From contig OY969425.1 in the NCBI GenBank assembly GCA_963699255.1, positions 600,001 through 632,000 on the forward strand: a stretch of DNA of 32,000 nt. Reading direction: 5' to 3'. Source of the DNA: an uncultured bacterium. Its GTDB lineage: Bacteria; Margulisbacteria; WOR-1; CAVSGV01. The stretch's first letter is position 1. Each line of letters starts with the position of its first letter. The position numbers and the translations under genes were made by a program. The notes under the pieces are model-generated. The model searched no databases. It was not told where the DNA came from and saw only the letters and a list, made by a program, of their open reading frames with translations. This document shows positions 16,641-24,847 of this stretch, piece by piece.

Positions 16641-16805
16641 TTATTTTTCCTCTTCATCCTCTTGATCGACATCGCAAACGCATTCGGACCTTGGATTTCC
16701 GCAGTCAGGGCAGGTTTCTTCCAGTTCCATGCTGCAATCGGGACAAAGCCCCGGCTTTACGTCCTCATATCCGCAGGTAGGGCAGGCAAAAACTCCTTTA
16801 GCCAC
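16641..16805 (-). CDS. 54-aa eight-cysteine zinc-ribbon/rubredoxin-like protein with an acidic tail (below the ORF-track cutoff)
   Basis: My translation: VAKGVFACPTCGYEDVKPGLCPDCSMELEETCPDCGNPRSECVCDVDQEDEEEK. It has four Cys pairs (CPTC, CPDC, CPDC, CVC). AAGGA lies 10 nt upstream of GTG 16805; an alternative in-frame GTG is at 16814. It is co-directional with its neighbours. Confidence 0.55.
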   Translation of the reverse strand: MAKGVFACPTCGYEDVKPGLCPDCSMELEETCPDCGNPRSECVCDVDQEDEEEK

Positions 16806-16830
16806 ACAGATCACATCCTTCTAAAGAGAA

Positions 16831-16945
16831 TTACCAATTGCCAATAACACAATGACCAATTAAGGAATAATTATTTTAATAAAATGTGCGAAGCACACCT
16901 TCATTTGTCATTGTTTCATTGTGTAATTGTTCATTTGTTATTATA
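16831..16945. repeat. AT-rich strand-asymmetric long palindrome E2
   Basis: The left arm has CCAAT words (16834, 16841, 16856) and is homologous to 18148-18184. The right arm is built from CATTGT words: 16915-16942 is close to 8807-8834, and 16901-16913 is identical to 18234-18246. Confidence 0.75.
16885..16897 (-). terminator. Small hairpin plus U-tract at the centre of E2 (after the rubrerythrin-like gene)
   Basis: Minus-strand RNA: UGUGC-UUC-GCACA followed by UUUUAUUAAAAU. The stem is only 5 bp. Confidence 0.4.
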
Positions 16946-17429
16946 CCGCAGCTTCCCAGCTTTTCAAAATATTAAAATGCATCTGTTCCTGTTCAATGAT
17001 CTCGTTAAGCATCTGCTTATTGCCCTCGGCTTTTGTGCTTTTAAGCAGCGCCTTATAGAACAGGATCGATCTTAGCTCAACGATCTCACCGTTCAACACG
17101 GCATCTCTGACGCTTTTTGCCTCGGCGCTCTCATTGAATATTCCTGTTTCCATATAAGTAAAAAGCCCCTCTTCACTGTCAACACTGTCAGGATCGATGC
17201 CGCGGTTCCTCAGTTCCACCTCAAATAGGCCTTTGAACTTTTCATAATGTGATCTCTCATCTTCCGCAAGCCTCTTGAACGTTCTTTTCACCCTTTCGTC
17301 GGAAGTCTTATTGAGAACGCTCGCGTAATATTTCTCGCCGTCGGTTTCGATCTTCATGGCGATCTTCAGCACTTCCAGATCATCAAAATCGCTGATTATT
17401 ATATCTTCCTTGCCTATCTTTATATCCAA
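16941..17429 (-). CDS. Rubrerythrin/ferritin-like diiron four-helix-bundle protein lacking a rubredoxin domain
   Basis: 162 aa with two ExxH motifs (AEDERSHYEKF and EQEQMHFNIL) plus upstream Glu-containing helices (ETDGEKYY, ...LNGEIVELRS). TTG start with SD GGAGG 6 nt upstream. Confidence 0.7.
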   Translation of the reverse strand: MDIKIGKEDIIISDFDDLEVLKIAMKIETDGEKYYASVLNKTSDERVKRTFKRLAEDERSHYEKFKGLFEVELRNRGIDPDSVDSEEGLFTYMETGIFNESAEAKSVRDAVLNGEIVELRSILFYKALLKSTKAEGNKQMLNEIIEQEQMHFNILKSWEAAV

Positions 17430-17463
17430 GCTGCGCCTCCAGTCCTAAACCATGGATCCCGCT

Positions 17464-18132
17464 TCATAAACTGTTAAAACCCATCCCGAAGCCGAACGTT
17501 GATATTAAGCCGCCGGGATCGCCAAAGTAAAGCCCCACTTCAAAACTGCCTTTAATATTGCTTGTAAAACTGTATTCCACCTCGGTCGCGAGCGAATATT
17601 TGACCGTTGTAGCGATATGATCTTCACTTTCTGTCCCCGCATTGAAATTGTTCACCGCCACCCTGTACCTTGTCTTTAGAACATTGCTTGCGGGAACAAT
17701 GAAATCATAACCGAGCAAGATTTCAGTGCTCGTATTATTTTTCTTGTTGATGCCCCACGAAACAGTCTCATATTCCGCCACAATGGAATTGTACCGCGCT
17801 TCCCTTGTACCGGTCAAAATATACTCGGCGCCCAAAGCGCTCGCCTGCGGAACGGTAGTAAGCTTAGCCCCGCTAACCGTAGAGTAATCTATCGTTCCCA
17901 CGCCAAGCTTGCCGTACAGATTGATCCTTTCAGTACAGCCGTATTTACCTATAAGACATATCGCGGAAAACGGAGATTCGACCATAAGCACTGTCGAATC
18001 GATCTTTATCGCGTACAAACCTTTACCCTGCATGGAAGGCGAGGAATTTCCCGTCAAAAATCCCGCATATCCAGCGCTGGAACAAAAAAGAATGAACAAA
18101 ATAATTAAAAACAGCTGTTTTATCATGATCAT
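17464..18132 (-). CDS. Small predicted outer-membrane beta-barrel protein
   Basis: 222 aa. Signal peptide MIKQLFLIILFILFCSSAGYAGF, then alternating amphipathic strands rich in G/Y/T, ending FGFGMGFNSL. The alternative start ATG 18126 fits the TATAAT box at 18140-18135. Confidence 0.55.
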   Translation of the reverse strand: MIMIKQLFLIILFILFCSSAGYAGFLTGNSSPSMQGKGLYAIKIDSTVLMVESPFSAICLIGKYGCTERINLYGKLGVGTIDYSTVSGAKLTTVPQASALGAEYILTGTREARYNSIVAEYETVSWGINKKNNTSTEILLGYDFIVPASNVLKTRYRVAVNNFNAGTESEDHIATTVKYSLATEVEYSFTSNIKGSFEVGLYFGDPGGLISTFGFGMGFNSL

Positions 18133-18145
18133 TTATTATAACATC

Positions 18146-18262
18146 GTAATTACCAATCACCAATTAACAATTCCCAATTAATGGCCAATCTTCCAATTTC
18201 CAATTGAATCATTGGACATTGGAAATTAATTTGTCATTTGTCATTGGAAATTGGTCATTATC
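18146..18262. repeat. AT-rich strand-asymmetric long palindrome E3 (CCAAT/ATTGG words)
   Basis: Six CCAAT words on the left (18153, 18160, 18174, 18185, 18193, 18200) and four ATTGG words on the right (18211, 18218, 18243, 18250). Central 14-bp stem TTCCAATTTCCAAT / ATTGGACATTGGAA with 13 of 14 positions paired. Confidence 0.8.
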
Positions 18263-18341
18263 CGCCATATCTACCTTTGTAGATCGAATTCCAAACGATA
18301 AAGATGATAAGAAGGACCAAAAAAAGCATGCCGATGTCCAT
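18258..18341 (-). CDS. 27-aa single-TM small protein (below the ORF-track cutoff)
   Basis: My translation: MDIGMLFLVLLIIFIVWNSIYKGRYGG. SD GGAAGGAG ends 5 nt before the ATG. It lies 72 nt downstream of uvrA, and its stop falls in the arm of E3. Confidence 0.5.
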   Translation of the reverse strand: MDIGMLFLVLLIIFIVWNSIYKGRYGG

Positions 18342-18413
18342 ATGAACTCCTTCCCGCCTGCCCCGAAGAGATGCGCAGCCTTCTTTCGGGCCTGCAACGC
18401 ACGCCCGCGCTGC

Positions 18414-21263
18414 TCAGGCCTTGAGGATTTTCTTCAGGAAATTACCCGTAAAAGATCCGGCCGTTTTTGCCACATCTTCCGGCGTTCCCTCAGCAATTAT
18501 ATAGCCTCCAAGGTCTCCGCCTTCGGGGCCCAGATCTATGATATGGTCGGCTACCTTTATGACATCAAGGTTGTGTTCGATCACGATCACGGTATTGCCG
18601 GTATCCACAAGCCTGTTCAAAACGTTCAGGAATTTCTTGATGTCATCAAAGTGAAGCCCCGTGGTCGGCTCGTCCAGAAGATAAAGGGTTTTTCCGGTTG
18701 ACCTCCCGGACAGTTCCGTGGCAAGTTTCACCCTCTGAGCTTCCCCGCCGGAAAGCGTAGTGGCAAATTGACCCAGGTGGATGTAATCAAGCCCGACATC
18801 ATGAAGGGTCTGAAGCTTTTTCTGGATCTGCGGTATATTGCTGAAAATGTCCAGTGCAGAGGAGACCGTCATGTCCAGGACTTCAGCGATGTTCTTACCC
18901 TTATACCTTACCTCAAGCGTATCCCTGTTATAACGCCGTCCTCCGCATTCATCGCAAGGCACATACACGTCCGGAAGAAAATGCATCTCGATCTTCACCA
19001 TGCCGTCGCCGTGACAGGCTTCACAGCGGCCGCCCTTGACGTTAAACGAAAATCTTCCGGGCTGGTATCCCCTTATCAGAGCTTCCTGCGTATGCGAGAA
19101 AATGTCCCTGATGTGATCAAAAACCCCCGTATAAGTCGCCGGGTTCGATCTCGGCGTCCTGCCTATCGGGGATTGATCTATTATCACGACCTTATCTATG
19201 TTCCCCAGGCCGACTATATCCTTGTATTCCCCGGCCTTCTCTACGGCCCTGTAAAATGTTTTCGCCAGGGCCTTATATAAAATATCATTTACAAGTGAAC
19301 TTTTCCCGGAAACCGACACGCCGGTCACGCAAATGAACTTGCCCAGCGGGAATTTAATGTCGATGTTCTTTAAATTATTCTGTCTCGCCCCTTTGACCGT
19401 GAGATATTTGCCGCTCCCTTCCCTGCGGGACTTCGGGACATCTATCTTCAGCTCTCTGGACAGGTATTTTCCGGTTATTGACCTTTTTTCAGATATGATA
19501 TCCTGGACCGTGCCGCTTGCAACAATATGGCCGCCGTTGATTCCCGCACCAGGGCCAATATCTACCAGGTGATCGCAGCTTCTCATGGTCGACTCATCAT
19601 GCTCAACGACGATGACGGTATTGCCGATGTCCCTCAGTTTCTTAAGTGTTTCAATGAGCTGCCCGTTGTCTTTCTGATGCAGCCCGATAGACGGCTCATC
19701 CAGTATGTACAGGACCCCGACAAGGCCCGAGCCGATCTGGGTAGCGAGGCGCGTCCTCTGGGCTTCCCCGCCGGAGAGAGTGGAAGATTCCCGGCCTATC
19801 GTTATGTAGCTTAAGCCAACATCGATAAGGAACTGGAACCTCGATTTCAATTCCTTGATGATCTGCTTCGATATCATTTTCTGGCGTTCGGTAAACTCAA
19901 GAGTGCCCAGAAAGCCGTTGAGCGCGGCGACCGACATGTCTGTCACCTCAGAGATCGACTTTCCCTTTATCTTCACGGCGAGCGATTCCGGCTTCAGCTT
20001 CGTTCCCTTGCACGTTGAACAGGGAACGGAGCTCATGTACCTGTAAAGCGCGAATCTTACATGCTCCGAGGTCGTTTCATAATATCTTCGCTTCAGGTTG
20101 TTAATAACGCCCTCGAATTTCCCTTCATGCTCGTAATAGCTTCTCTCCATGAAGTATTTGTATTGGACCGTTTCCTCTCCCGTTCCGTAAAGAACGACTT
20201 TCATCTGCTTTTTGCTGAATTTTTTAAGAGGGGTGTTCAGATCAAAACCGAACTTTTCTCCAACGGCTTCCAGCTTCTGTAAATAATAAGTGGCGGCGGA
20301 ATTCCACGGAGCAACGGCGCCTTCGGAAAGCGACAGGTTTTTGTCAGGGACCACAAGGTCGGGGTCGAACTCGAGTTTATCGCCGAGGCCCTTGCAATCA
20401 GGGCATGCGCCGTAAGGGCTGTTGAACGAGAATATCCTCGGCGTTATTTCATCCAGGCTTATCCCGCATGTTGAACAGGCGAATTTTTCGCTGAACATCA
20501 AGGTGCCGTACCTGCTCTTGCCTTCAAGCTTATCGACTATCGTCGTGCCGCTCCCGAATTTCAGGGCCGTTTCCACCGATTCCGTTATGCGCTTCCGGTT
20601 CGACGGGTCAGCCGTCAGCCGGTCAACGACTATCTCAATGCTATGCTTCTTCTTCTTGTCCAGGCTTAACCCGCCTTCGGACAGATCGTAGATCCTGCCG
20701 TCGGCCCTGATCTTCGCAAAACCGTTCTTTTTCGCGTCCTCGAATACATACCTGTGCTCGCCTTTTCTTCCTTTTATGACCGGCGACAATATCTGTATCT
20801 TTTCCCCTTTGAGCTTCGCAAGGATGTGGTCGGTTATCTGCTCCGGCGTCTGCCGCTCTATGATCCTGTTGCACTGGGGACAATGAGGGGTGCCGATGGA
20901 GGCGTATAAAAGCCTTAAATAGTCGTATATCTCGGTGACCGTCCCGACAGTTGACCTCGGGTTCCTTGACGGGGATTTCTGGTCGATGGATATGGCGGGA
21001 GAAAGCCCCTCGATAGAATCGACATCGGGTTTTTGCATCTGTTCAAGGAATTGCCTGGCGTAAGCGGAAAGGGATTCAACATATCTGCGCTGGCCTTCCG
21101 CGTAAAGCGTGTCGAACGCGAGAGAAGATTTTCCCGAACCTGACAGTCCAGTGAAAACTATCAGCTTGTTCCTCGGGAGTTCGAGGCTGATGTTCTTCAG
21201 GTTGTGTTCCCTGGCACCTTTGATAACTATTTTCTCATTATTTGGCATAAGATTTAAATCCAA
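18414..21263 (-). CDS. uvrA: Excinuclease ABC subunit A
   Basis: 949 aa with [34 protein letters not shown], zinc-finger Cys clusters, two ABC signatures (LSGGEAQR twice) and a second Walker A of GVSVSGKSS. The ORF-track start is TTG 21263, and ATG 21248 ([19 protein letters not shown]) is equally plausible. Confidence 0.96.
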   Translation of the reverse strand: MDLNLMPNNEKIVIKGAREHNLKNISLELPRNKLIVFTGLSGSGKSSLAFDTLYAEGQRRYVESLSAYARQFLEQMQKPDVDSIEGLSPAISIDQKSPSRNPRSTVGTVTEIYDYLRLLYASIGTPHCPQCNRIIERQTPEQITDHILAKLKGEKIQILSPVIKGRKGEHRYVFEDAKKNGFAKIRADGRIYDLSEGGLSLDKKKKHSIEIVVDRLTADPSNRKRITESVETALKFGSGTTIVDKLEGKSRYGTLMFSEKFACSTCGISLDEITPRIFSFNSPYGACPDCKGLGDKLEFDPDLVVPDKNLSLSEGAVAPWNSAATYYLQKLEAVGEKFGFDLNTPLKKFSKKQMKVVLYGTGEETVQYKYFMERSYYEHEGKFEGVINNLKRRYYETTSEHVRFALYRYMSSVPCSTCKGTKLKPESLAVKIKGKSISEVTDMSVAALNGFLGTLEFTERQKMISKQIIKELKSRFQFLIDVGLSYITIGRESSTLSGGEAQRTRLATQIGSGLVGVLYILDEPSIGLHQKDNGQLIETLKKLRDIGNTVIVVEHDESTMRSCDHLVDIGPGAGINGGHIVASGTVQDIISEKRSITGKYLSRELKIDVPKSRREGSGKYLTVKGARQNNLKNIDIKFPLGKFICVTGVSVSGKSSLVNDILYKALAKTFYRAVEKAGEYKDIVGLGNIDKVVIIDQSPIGRTPRSNPATYTGVFDHIRDIFSHTQEALIRGYQPGRFSFNVKGGRCEACHGDGMVKIEMHFLPDVYVPCDECGGRRYNRDTLEVRYKGKNIAEVLDMTVSSALDIFSNIPQIQKKLQTLHDVGLDYIHLGQFATTLSGGEAQRVKLATELSGRSTGKTLYLLDEPTTGLHFDDIKKFLNVLNRLVDTGNTVIVIEHNLDVIKVADHIIDLGPEGGDLGGYIIAEGTPEDVAKTAGSFTGNFLKKILKA

Positions 21264-21278
21264 TCCACCTCACCCTGA

Positions 21279-21349
21279 AACCCCTTCTGTCTCTCGCTTG
21301 CGCTCGAGACATCTCCCCCTTAGTAAGGGGGAGACACAGAGGGGGGTTT
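21279..21349. repeat. GC-rich nested-hairpin repeat, copy 2
   Basis: Near-identical to 4791-4860. Its first hairpin is GTCTC..GAGAC (21289-21293/21306-21310), against GTTCC..GGAAC in copy 1. It abuts the PHP stop codon (21351) and lies about 15 nt from the uvrA start. Confidence 0.8.
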
Positions 21350-21350
21350 G

Positions 21351-22079
21351 CTATTTTTTCCGCAGAAGATATTTATCTATCAGCTCCATTGAAGTGTTGA
21401 TTATGTCGTCCTTCGTAAGCCCCGCGTCAACGGCCATTTTCAACACCGTATCAAGGTCCCCGACCATTGTAGAAATGTGAGAGTCTGATCCGAGCGTCAC
21501 TTTCCATCCGATCTTCTTAACGAACCTAGCTATGGCAAAACACCGGTCGAAACTCCCTTTCCTGCTGATGGTAAGAGAGCTGTTGTTCAATTCGATCAAA
21601 ACGCCTTTTTCCTTGGCTGCCGTTATCACTTTTTTGTAATCTATCGGATACATCGGGTTCCCCGGATGAGCAATGACCCTGACATACTGATTTCCCATCG
21701 CCTTAAGCAAAACCCTTGTGTTCTCTTCTTCCCCTTTCGGTTCATATCCGCACATAGGATGCATAGCGATCGACACGAAATCGAGCGTTCGCAGATATTC
21801 ATCCGCAAGGTCCAGACGCCCTTCAGAATCAATGATGTTTATCTCTCCGCCCCTTAAGATCCTGACGCCGTTAAGGTAATCGGGTATCATCCTCTGATTT
21901 GAAAAATGATACGGTGACGCGCCTCCCGGCATCGCAGGCCCGTGGTCGGTAAAGGCGATCGCTTTCAGTTTCTTCTTTTTCGCGGCAGCGGCATATTCCT
22001 CAACGGTGGAATAAGCGTGCCCGGAGGCAACGGTATGGATATGAAAATCAGCTATCAGCTTTATTTTTTTATCGTTCAC
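21351..22079 (-). CDS. PHP-domain phosphoesterase (YcdX-like)
   Basis: 242 aa with DFHIHTVASGHAYSTVEEY, FTDHGP, IAHPGNP and GSDSH metal-ligand motifs. It overlaps yebC by 4 nt. Confidence 0.85.
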   Translation of the reverse strand: MNDKKIKLIADFHIHTVASGHAYSTVEEYAAAAKKKKLKAIAFTDHGPAMPGGASPYHFSNQRMIPDYLNGVRILRGGEINIIDSEGRLDLADEYLRTLDFVSIAMHPMCGYEPKGEEENTRVLLKAMGNQYVRVIAHPGNPMYPIDYKKVITAAKEKGVLIELNNSSLTISRKGSFDRCFAIARFVKKIGWKVTLGSDSHISTMVGDLDTVLKMAVDAGLTKDDIINTSMELIDKYLLRKK

Positions 22080-22825
22080 TTTTCATCCGCGGACATTATT
22101 TCATCGGGAATATCGAAATTGGCGTGAACGCTTTGAACGTCGTCATTTTCTTCGAGCGTATCAATGAACTTGAGTATCTTCTGGGCATCTTCGCCTTCAA
22201 GCCTGACTGTGTTTATTGGGACCATTGTTATTTCAGCGGAAGCCGGCTCATATTTCTTGGCGGCCAGCGCGTTCTTTATCTGTTCGAATTTATCCGGAGT
22301 TGTCACAAGAGTGATCACGCTTTCTTCGGTCGTGATATCCTCCGCGCCGGCGTCGATCGCGTCCGCCATCAAAGCGTCTTCGTTGACCCGGGATTTCTCG
22401 AAATGGAGCACTCCCTTTTTCTTGAACATCCAGGCGACGCTTCCGCTGTCGCCCAGGTTGCCGCCGTTCCTGGAAAAAATATACCTTATCTCGTTGAGCG
22501 TCCTCATTTTATTATCAGTGATGCAATCGATCATAATCGCGACCCCGGACGGCCCATATCCCTCATAGGTCACTTCTTCAAGGATCGTGCCTTCCCCGCC
22601 GCCGGTCGCTTTCTCGATGGCCCTCTTTATATTGTCAGCGGGCATATTCCCTGCCCTGGCTTTTTCTATGGCGAGCCTTAGCCGCGGATTCCCGCCCGGA
22701 TCTCCGCCTCCTATCCTGGCGGCAGCCGCTATTTCCCTTATGACCTTTGTGAACATTTTCCCTCTGGCCGCGTCCGTCTTGGCTTTTGACCTCTTTATAG
22801 TCGCCCATTTTGAATGACCTGACAT
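22076..22825 (-). CDS. yebC: YebC/PmpR-family DNA-binding transcriptional regulator
   Basis: 249 aa with MSGHSKWATIKRSKAKTDAARGKMFTKVIREI...NPRLRLAIEKA. SD AGGAGG is upstream. Confidence 0.93.
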   Translation of the reverse strand: MSGHSKWATIKRSKAKTDAARGKMFTKVIREIAAAARIGGGDPGGNPRLRLAIEKARAGNMPADNIKRAIEKATGGGEGTILEEVTYEGYGPSGVAIMIDCITDNKMRTLNEIRYIFSRNGGNLGDSGSVAWMFKKKGVLHFEKSRVNEDALMADAIDAGAEDITTEESVITLVTTPDKFEQIKNALAAKKYEPASAEITMVPINTVRLEGEDAQKILKFIDTLEENDDVQSVHANFDIPDEIMSADEK

Positions 22826-22891
22826 AAAATACCTCCTGCCTCACCCCCGGTTTGATCCCTGTCATTATCTACTAATTCTGGTCGCGCAACT

Positions 22892-22930
22892 CCCCTCTCC
22901 ACCCGTGGAGAGGGGTGAAGGGGTGAGGTG
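22892..22930. repeat. GC-rich hairpin plus GGGGTGAGGTG tail between divergent yebC and DUF502 promoters
   Basis: CCCCTCTCCA-CCCG-TGGAGAGGGG (10-bp stem, 22892-22915) followed by TGAAGGGGTGAGGTG. The GGGTGAGGTG word recurs in reverse complement at 21266-21275, beside repeat copy 2. Confidence 0.7.
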
Positions 22931-22969
22931 CTCCGTAGAGCAGGGTATTTTATCACGGATCGGGGTTCT

Positions 22970-22997
22970 TTGACAATAGATAGAGCCGTGATATAAT
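22970..22997 (+). promoter_or_regulatory. Consensus promoter of the DUF502 gene (leaderless)
   Basis: TTGACA (22970-22975), 16-nt spacer, TATAAT (22992-22997), then 9 nt to ATG at 23007. No SD. Confidence 0.6.
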
Positions 22998-23006
22998 TCG
23001 CTCACC

Positions 23007-23600
23007 ATGATGCAAAAAATAAGCACAACGTTCATCCGCGGGCTTATAATACTTCTGCCGCTCCTAATAACCGTATGGATCCTTTTCTTCTTTTACAATT
23101 TTCTTGACGGGATATTCGGGAATATCATTTCCATCTTCCTGGGGCATCACTACCCCGGTCTTGGGTTCGTGCTGATAATAGCTCTCATACTTTTTGTCGG
23201 CATCATCTCTCCGATGATAATCGGCAAGAGGCTGATAACGTTCGGCGATGAGATCATGACAAAGGTCCCCGTGGTCAAAAGCATCTATTCCTCGGTAAAG
23301 CAGGTGAACGATGTCCTGTTCATGAAAAGAGAGACGCAGGGCTTTAACCGCGCGTGCCTTGTTGAGTATCCGAGGCACGGGATATGGTCCATTGGCTTTG
23401 TGACGTCTGACGCCGCAAGCGAGATCGAAAAGAAAGCGGGCGGCCATAAAATGATCAATGTTTTCATAGCGAACACCCCAACTCCGGCGACAGGATTTTT
23501 GATAGTGGTGCCGTCAGGTGATGTTAAGCTGCTTGACATGAAGATCGAAGACGCCTTCAAATACGTGATCTCGGGCGGAGTGCTGAAGCCAAAAGGCTAA
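23007..23600 (+). CDS. DUF502-family membrane protein
   Basis: 197 aa. N-terminus FIRGLIILLPLLITVWILFF, a second TM segment, then PVVKSIYSSVKQV...GFLIVVP, typical of DUF502. Confidence 0.8.
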   Translation: MMQKISTTFIRGLIILLPLLITVWILFFFYNFLDGIFGNIISIFLGHHYPGLGFVLIIALILFVGIISPMIIGKRLITFGDEIMTKVPVVKSIYSSVKQVNDVLFMKRETQGFNRACLVEYPRHGIWSIGFVTSDAASEIEKKAGGHKMINVFIANTPTPATGFLIVVPSGDVKLLDMKIEDAFKYVISGGVLKPKG

Positions 23601-23607
23601 GAAAAAG

Positions 23608-23750
23608 CAAATCCTAAATTCTAATATCTAAATTCTAAATAAATTCAAAATACTAATTCTCTAAATTTTAAACTGTTTGGGATATTTGAATTTGGATTAT
23701 TCGGATTTATTTAGGATTTAGTGCTTAGGATTTAGAATTTAATTGGTATG
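23608..23750. repeat. AT-rich strand-asymmetric long palindrome E4 (CTAAAT/ATTTAG words; convergent gene ends)
   Basis: 67-nt G-free run (23608-23674) opposite a right half with only 2 C (23675-23750). The arms pair at, for example, ATCTAAATTCTAAATAAATTC vs GGATTTATTTAGGATTTAGTG. Confidence 0.75.
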
Positions 23751-24790
23751 CTTTCTCCGCAAAAGTCGCATTTATTTTCATGGATCCCTTTTATCTCCGT
23801 TTCGTATCCAACCCTTTCGATAAGCAGGTGTTTGCATTTGGGGCAGTAAGTATTCTCTCCGGTATTCCCCGGGACATTCCCTATATACACATATTTCAAT
23901 CCGGCATCGAACCCGATCTGCCTTGCTTTCTCCAGCGTCTCGACAGATGTCTCGTGAAGGTCTCTTAGCTCAAGATAAGGCATGAACTTCGTGACATGCC
24001 ACGGGGTATTTTCGCCCAGGTCGTTCTTTATCCAGGCGGCGATATCGCGGAGCTGTTTTTCATCATCGTTCCACCCCGGGATGACAAGGGTTATTATCTC
24101 CACGTGCATGTTCCACTTTTCTTTTGCCCGTTTCGCCGCATCAAGGATCGTTTCAAAGTTGCTGACCTTCGCGAGCTTCTGGTAGAACTCTTTCGTAAAA
24201 CCTTTGACGTCCACCCTGAAAGCGTCAAGATACGGCCCGATCGTATCCAGGGCTTCGGGCGTTATATACCCGTTGGATACATATACGGTGTACAGGCCGT
24301 TCTCTTTGGCGAGTTTTGCGCAGTCATAAGTATATTCGAACCAGATGGTCGGCTCATTATACGTCCAGGCGATGCCTTCAGCTCCAGCTTCCAGGGCCAT
24401 TTCAACGGCGCGCTCCGGAGATATCATCTCGTATCTATCCTCGGCCAGGATATTGTAGACCTTTTCATCATGCAGTCCTTCAACGAGGACCACGTGGGCT
24501 ATCTCCCAGTTCTGGCAGTGGATGCATCTCATGTTGCAGCCGATGGTCCCCATTGACAGACACTTTGAACCGGGATGGAAATGGAACAGAGGCTTCTTTT
24601 CTATCGGATCAAGGTTTATGGATGACGTTTTGCCGTAGATAAGAGTGTATAAGGTCCCGTCCTCGTTCTTTCTGACGCCGCAGTATCCGGACTTGTCGGG
24701 CATGATCGTGCACCTTCTGGGACAGAGCCCGCATTGGACTTTATTCCCGTCCAGTTTTTCATAGAACATCGCTTCATGTTTCGCGTCCAT
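23732..24790 (-). CDS. AmmeMemoRadiSam-system-type radical SAM enzyme
   Basis: 352 aa. N-terminal Cys cluster VQCGLCPRRC..GYCGVR, the radical SAM motif CNMRCIHCQNWEI and a C-terminal CPKC...CDFCG, matching the PFL-activase-like AmmeMemoRadiSam radical SAM family. Confidence 0.8.
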   Translation of the reverse strand: MDAKHEAMFYEKLDGNKVQCGLCPRRCTIMPDKSGYCGVRKNEDGTLYTLIYGKTSSINLDPIEKKPLFHFHPGSKCLSMGTIGCNMRCIHCQNWEIAHVVLVEGLHDEKVYNILAEDRYEMISPERAVEMALEAGAEGIAWTYNEPTIWFEYTYDCAKLAKENGLYTVYVSNGYITPEALDTIGPYLDAFRVDVKGFTKEFYQKLAKVSNFETILDAAKRAKEKWNMHVEIITLVIPGWNDDEKQLRDIAAWIKNDLGENTPWHVTKFMPYLELRDLHETSVETLEKARQIGFDAGLKYVYIGNVPGNTGENTYCPKCKHLLIERVGYETEIKGIHENKCDFCGESIPIKF

Positions 24791-24799
24791 AGGATCATG

Positions 24800-24828
24800 A
24801 TTGTATCATAAATTTAGATGTGAAATAA
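24800..24828 (-). promoter_or_regulatory. Putative extended -10 promoter of the radical SAM gene (leaderless)
   Basis: On the minus strand: TGaTACAAT (-10 at 24805-24800), then 9 nt to ATG at 24790. Weak -35 TTATTT (24828-24823). No SD. Confidence 0.45.
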
Positions 24829-24847
24829 AATTTATTCGCGCCGTCCG

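Noticed and set aside
16569-16847. 92-aa plus-strand ORF covering the same DNA as the 54-aa Cys-rich minus-strand ORF
   Set aside because: It is longer, but it overlaps the dnaB start in antisense, is F/L-rich with no motif, and opposes the direction of all neighbours. The minus-strand reading gives four regularly spaced Cys pairs, which is very unlikely by chance.
18146-18262. A possible CRISPR array, suggested by the regularly spaced CCAAT/ATTGG words and by the repeated words in the other AT-rich elements
   Set aside because: The units are only 5-7 nt with 2-9 nt between them. There are no unique spacers of 25-40 nt. The two halves are reverse complements of each other, and no cas genes are present. 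The architecture is a palindrome, not an array.
18204-21480. Plus-strand ORFs inside and around uvrA (for example 18204-18701, 18768-19280, 21109-21480) and similar antisense ORFs in yebC (22124-22681), the radical SAM gene (23996-24556), alaS and glyA
   Set aside because: Most of the longest ones are codon-aligned antisense shadows of strongly supported genes. They are open only where the sense gene avoids TTA, CTA and TCA. They have no SD and no motifs.
22635-22865. 76-aa minus-strand ORF spanning the yebC 5' end and upstream region
   Set aside because: It overlaps yebC out of frame, extends into the promoter region, and is R/G/K-rich with no SD. It is spurious.
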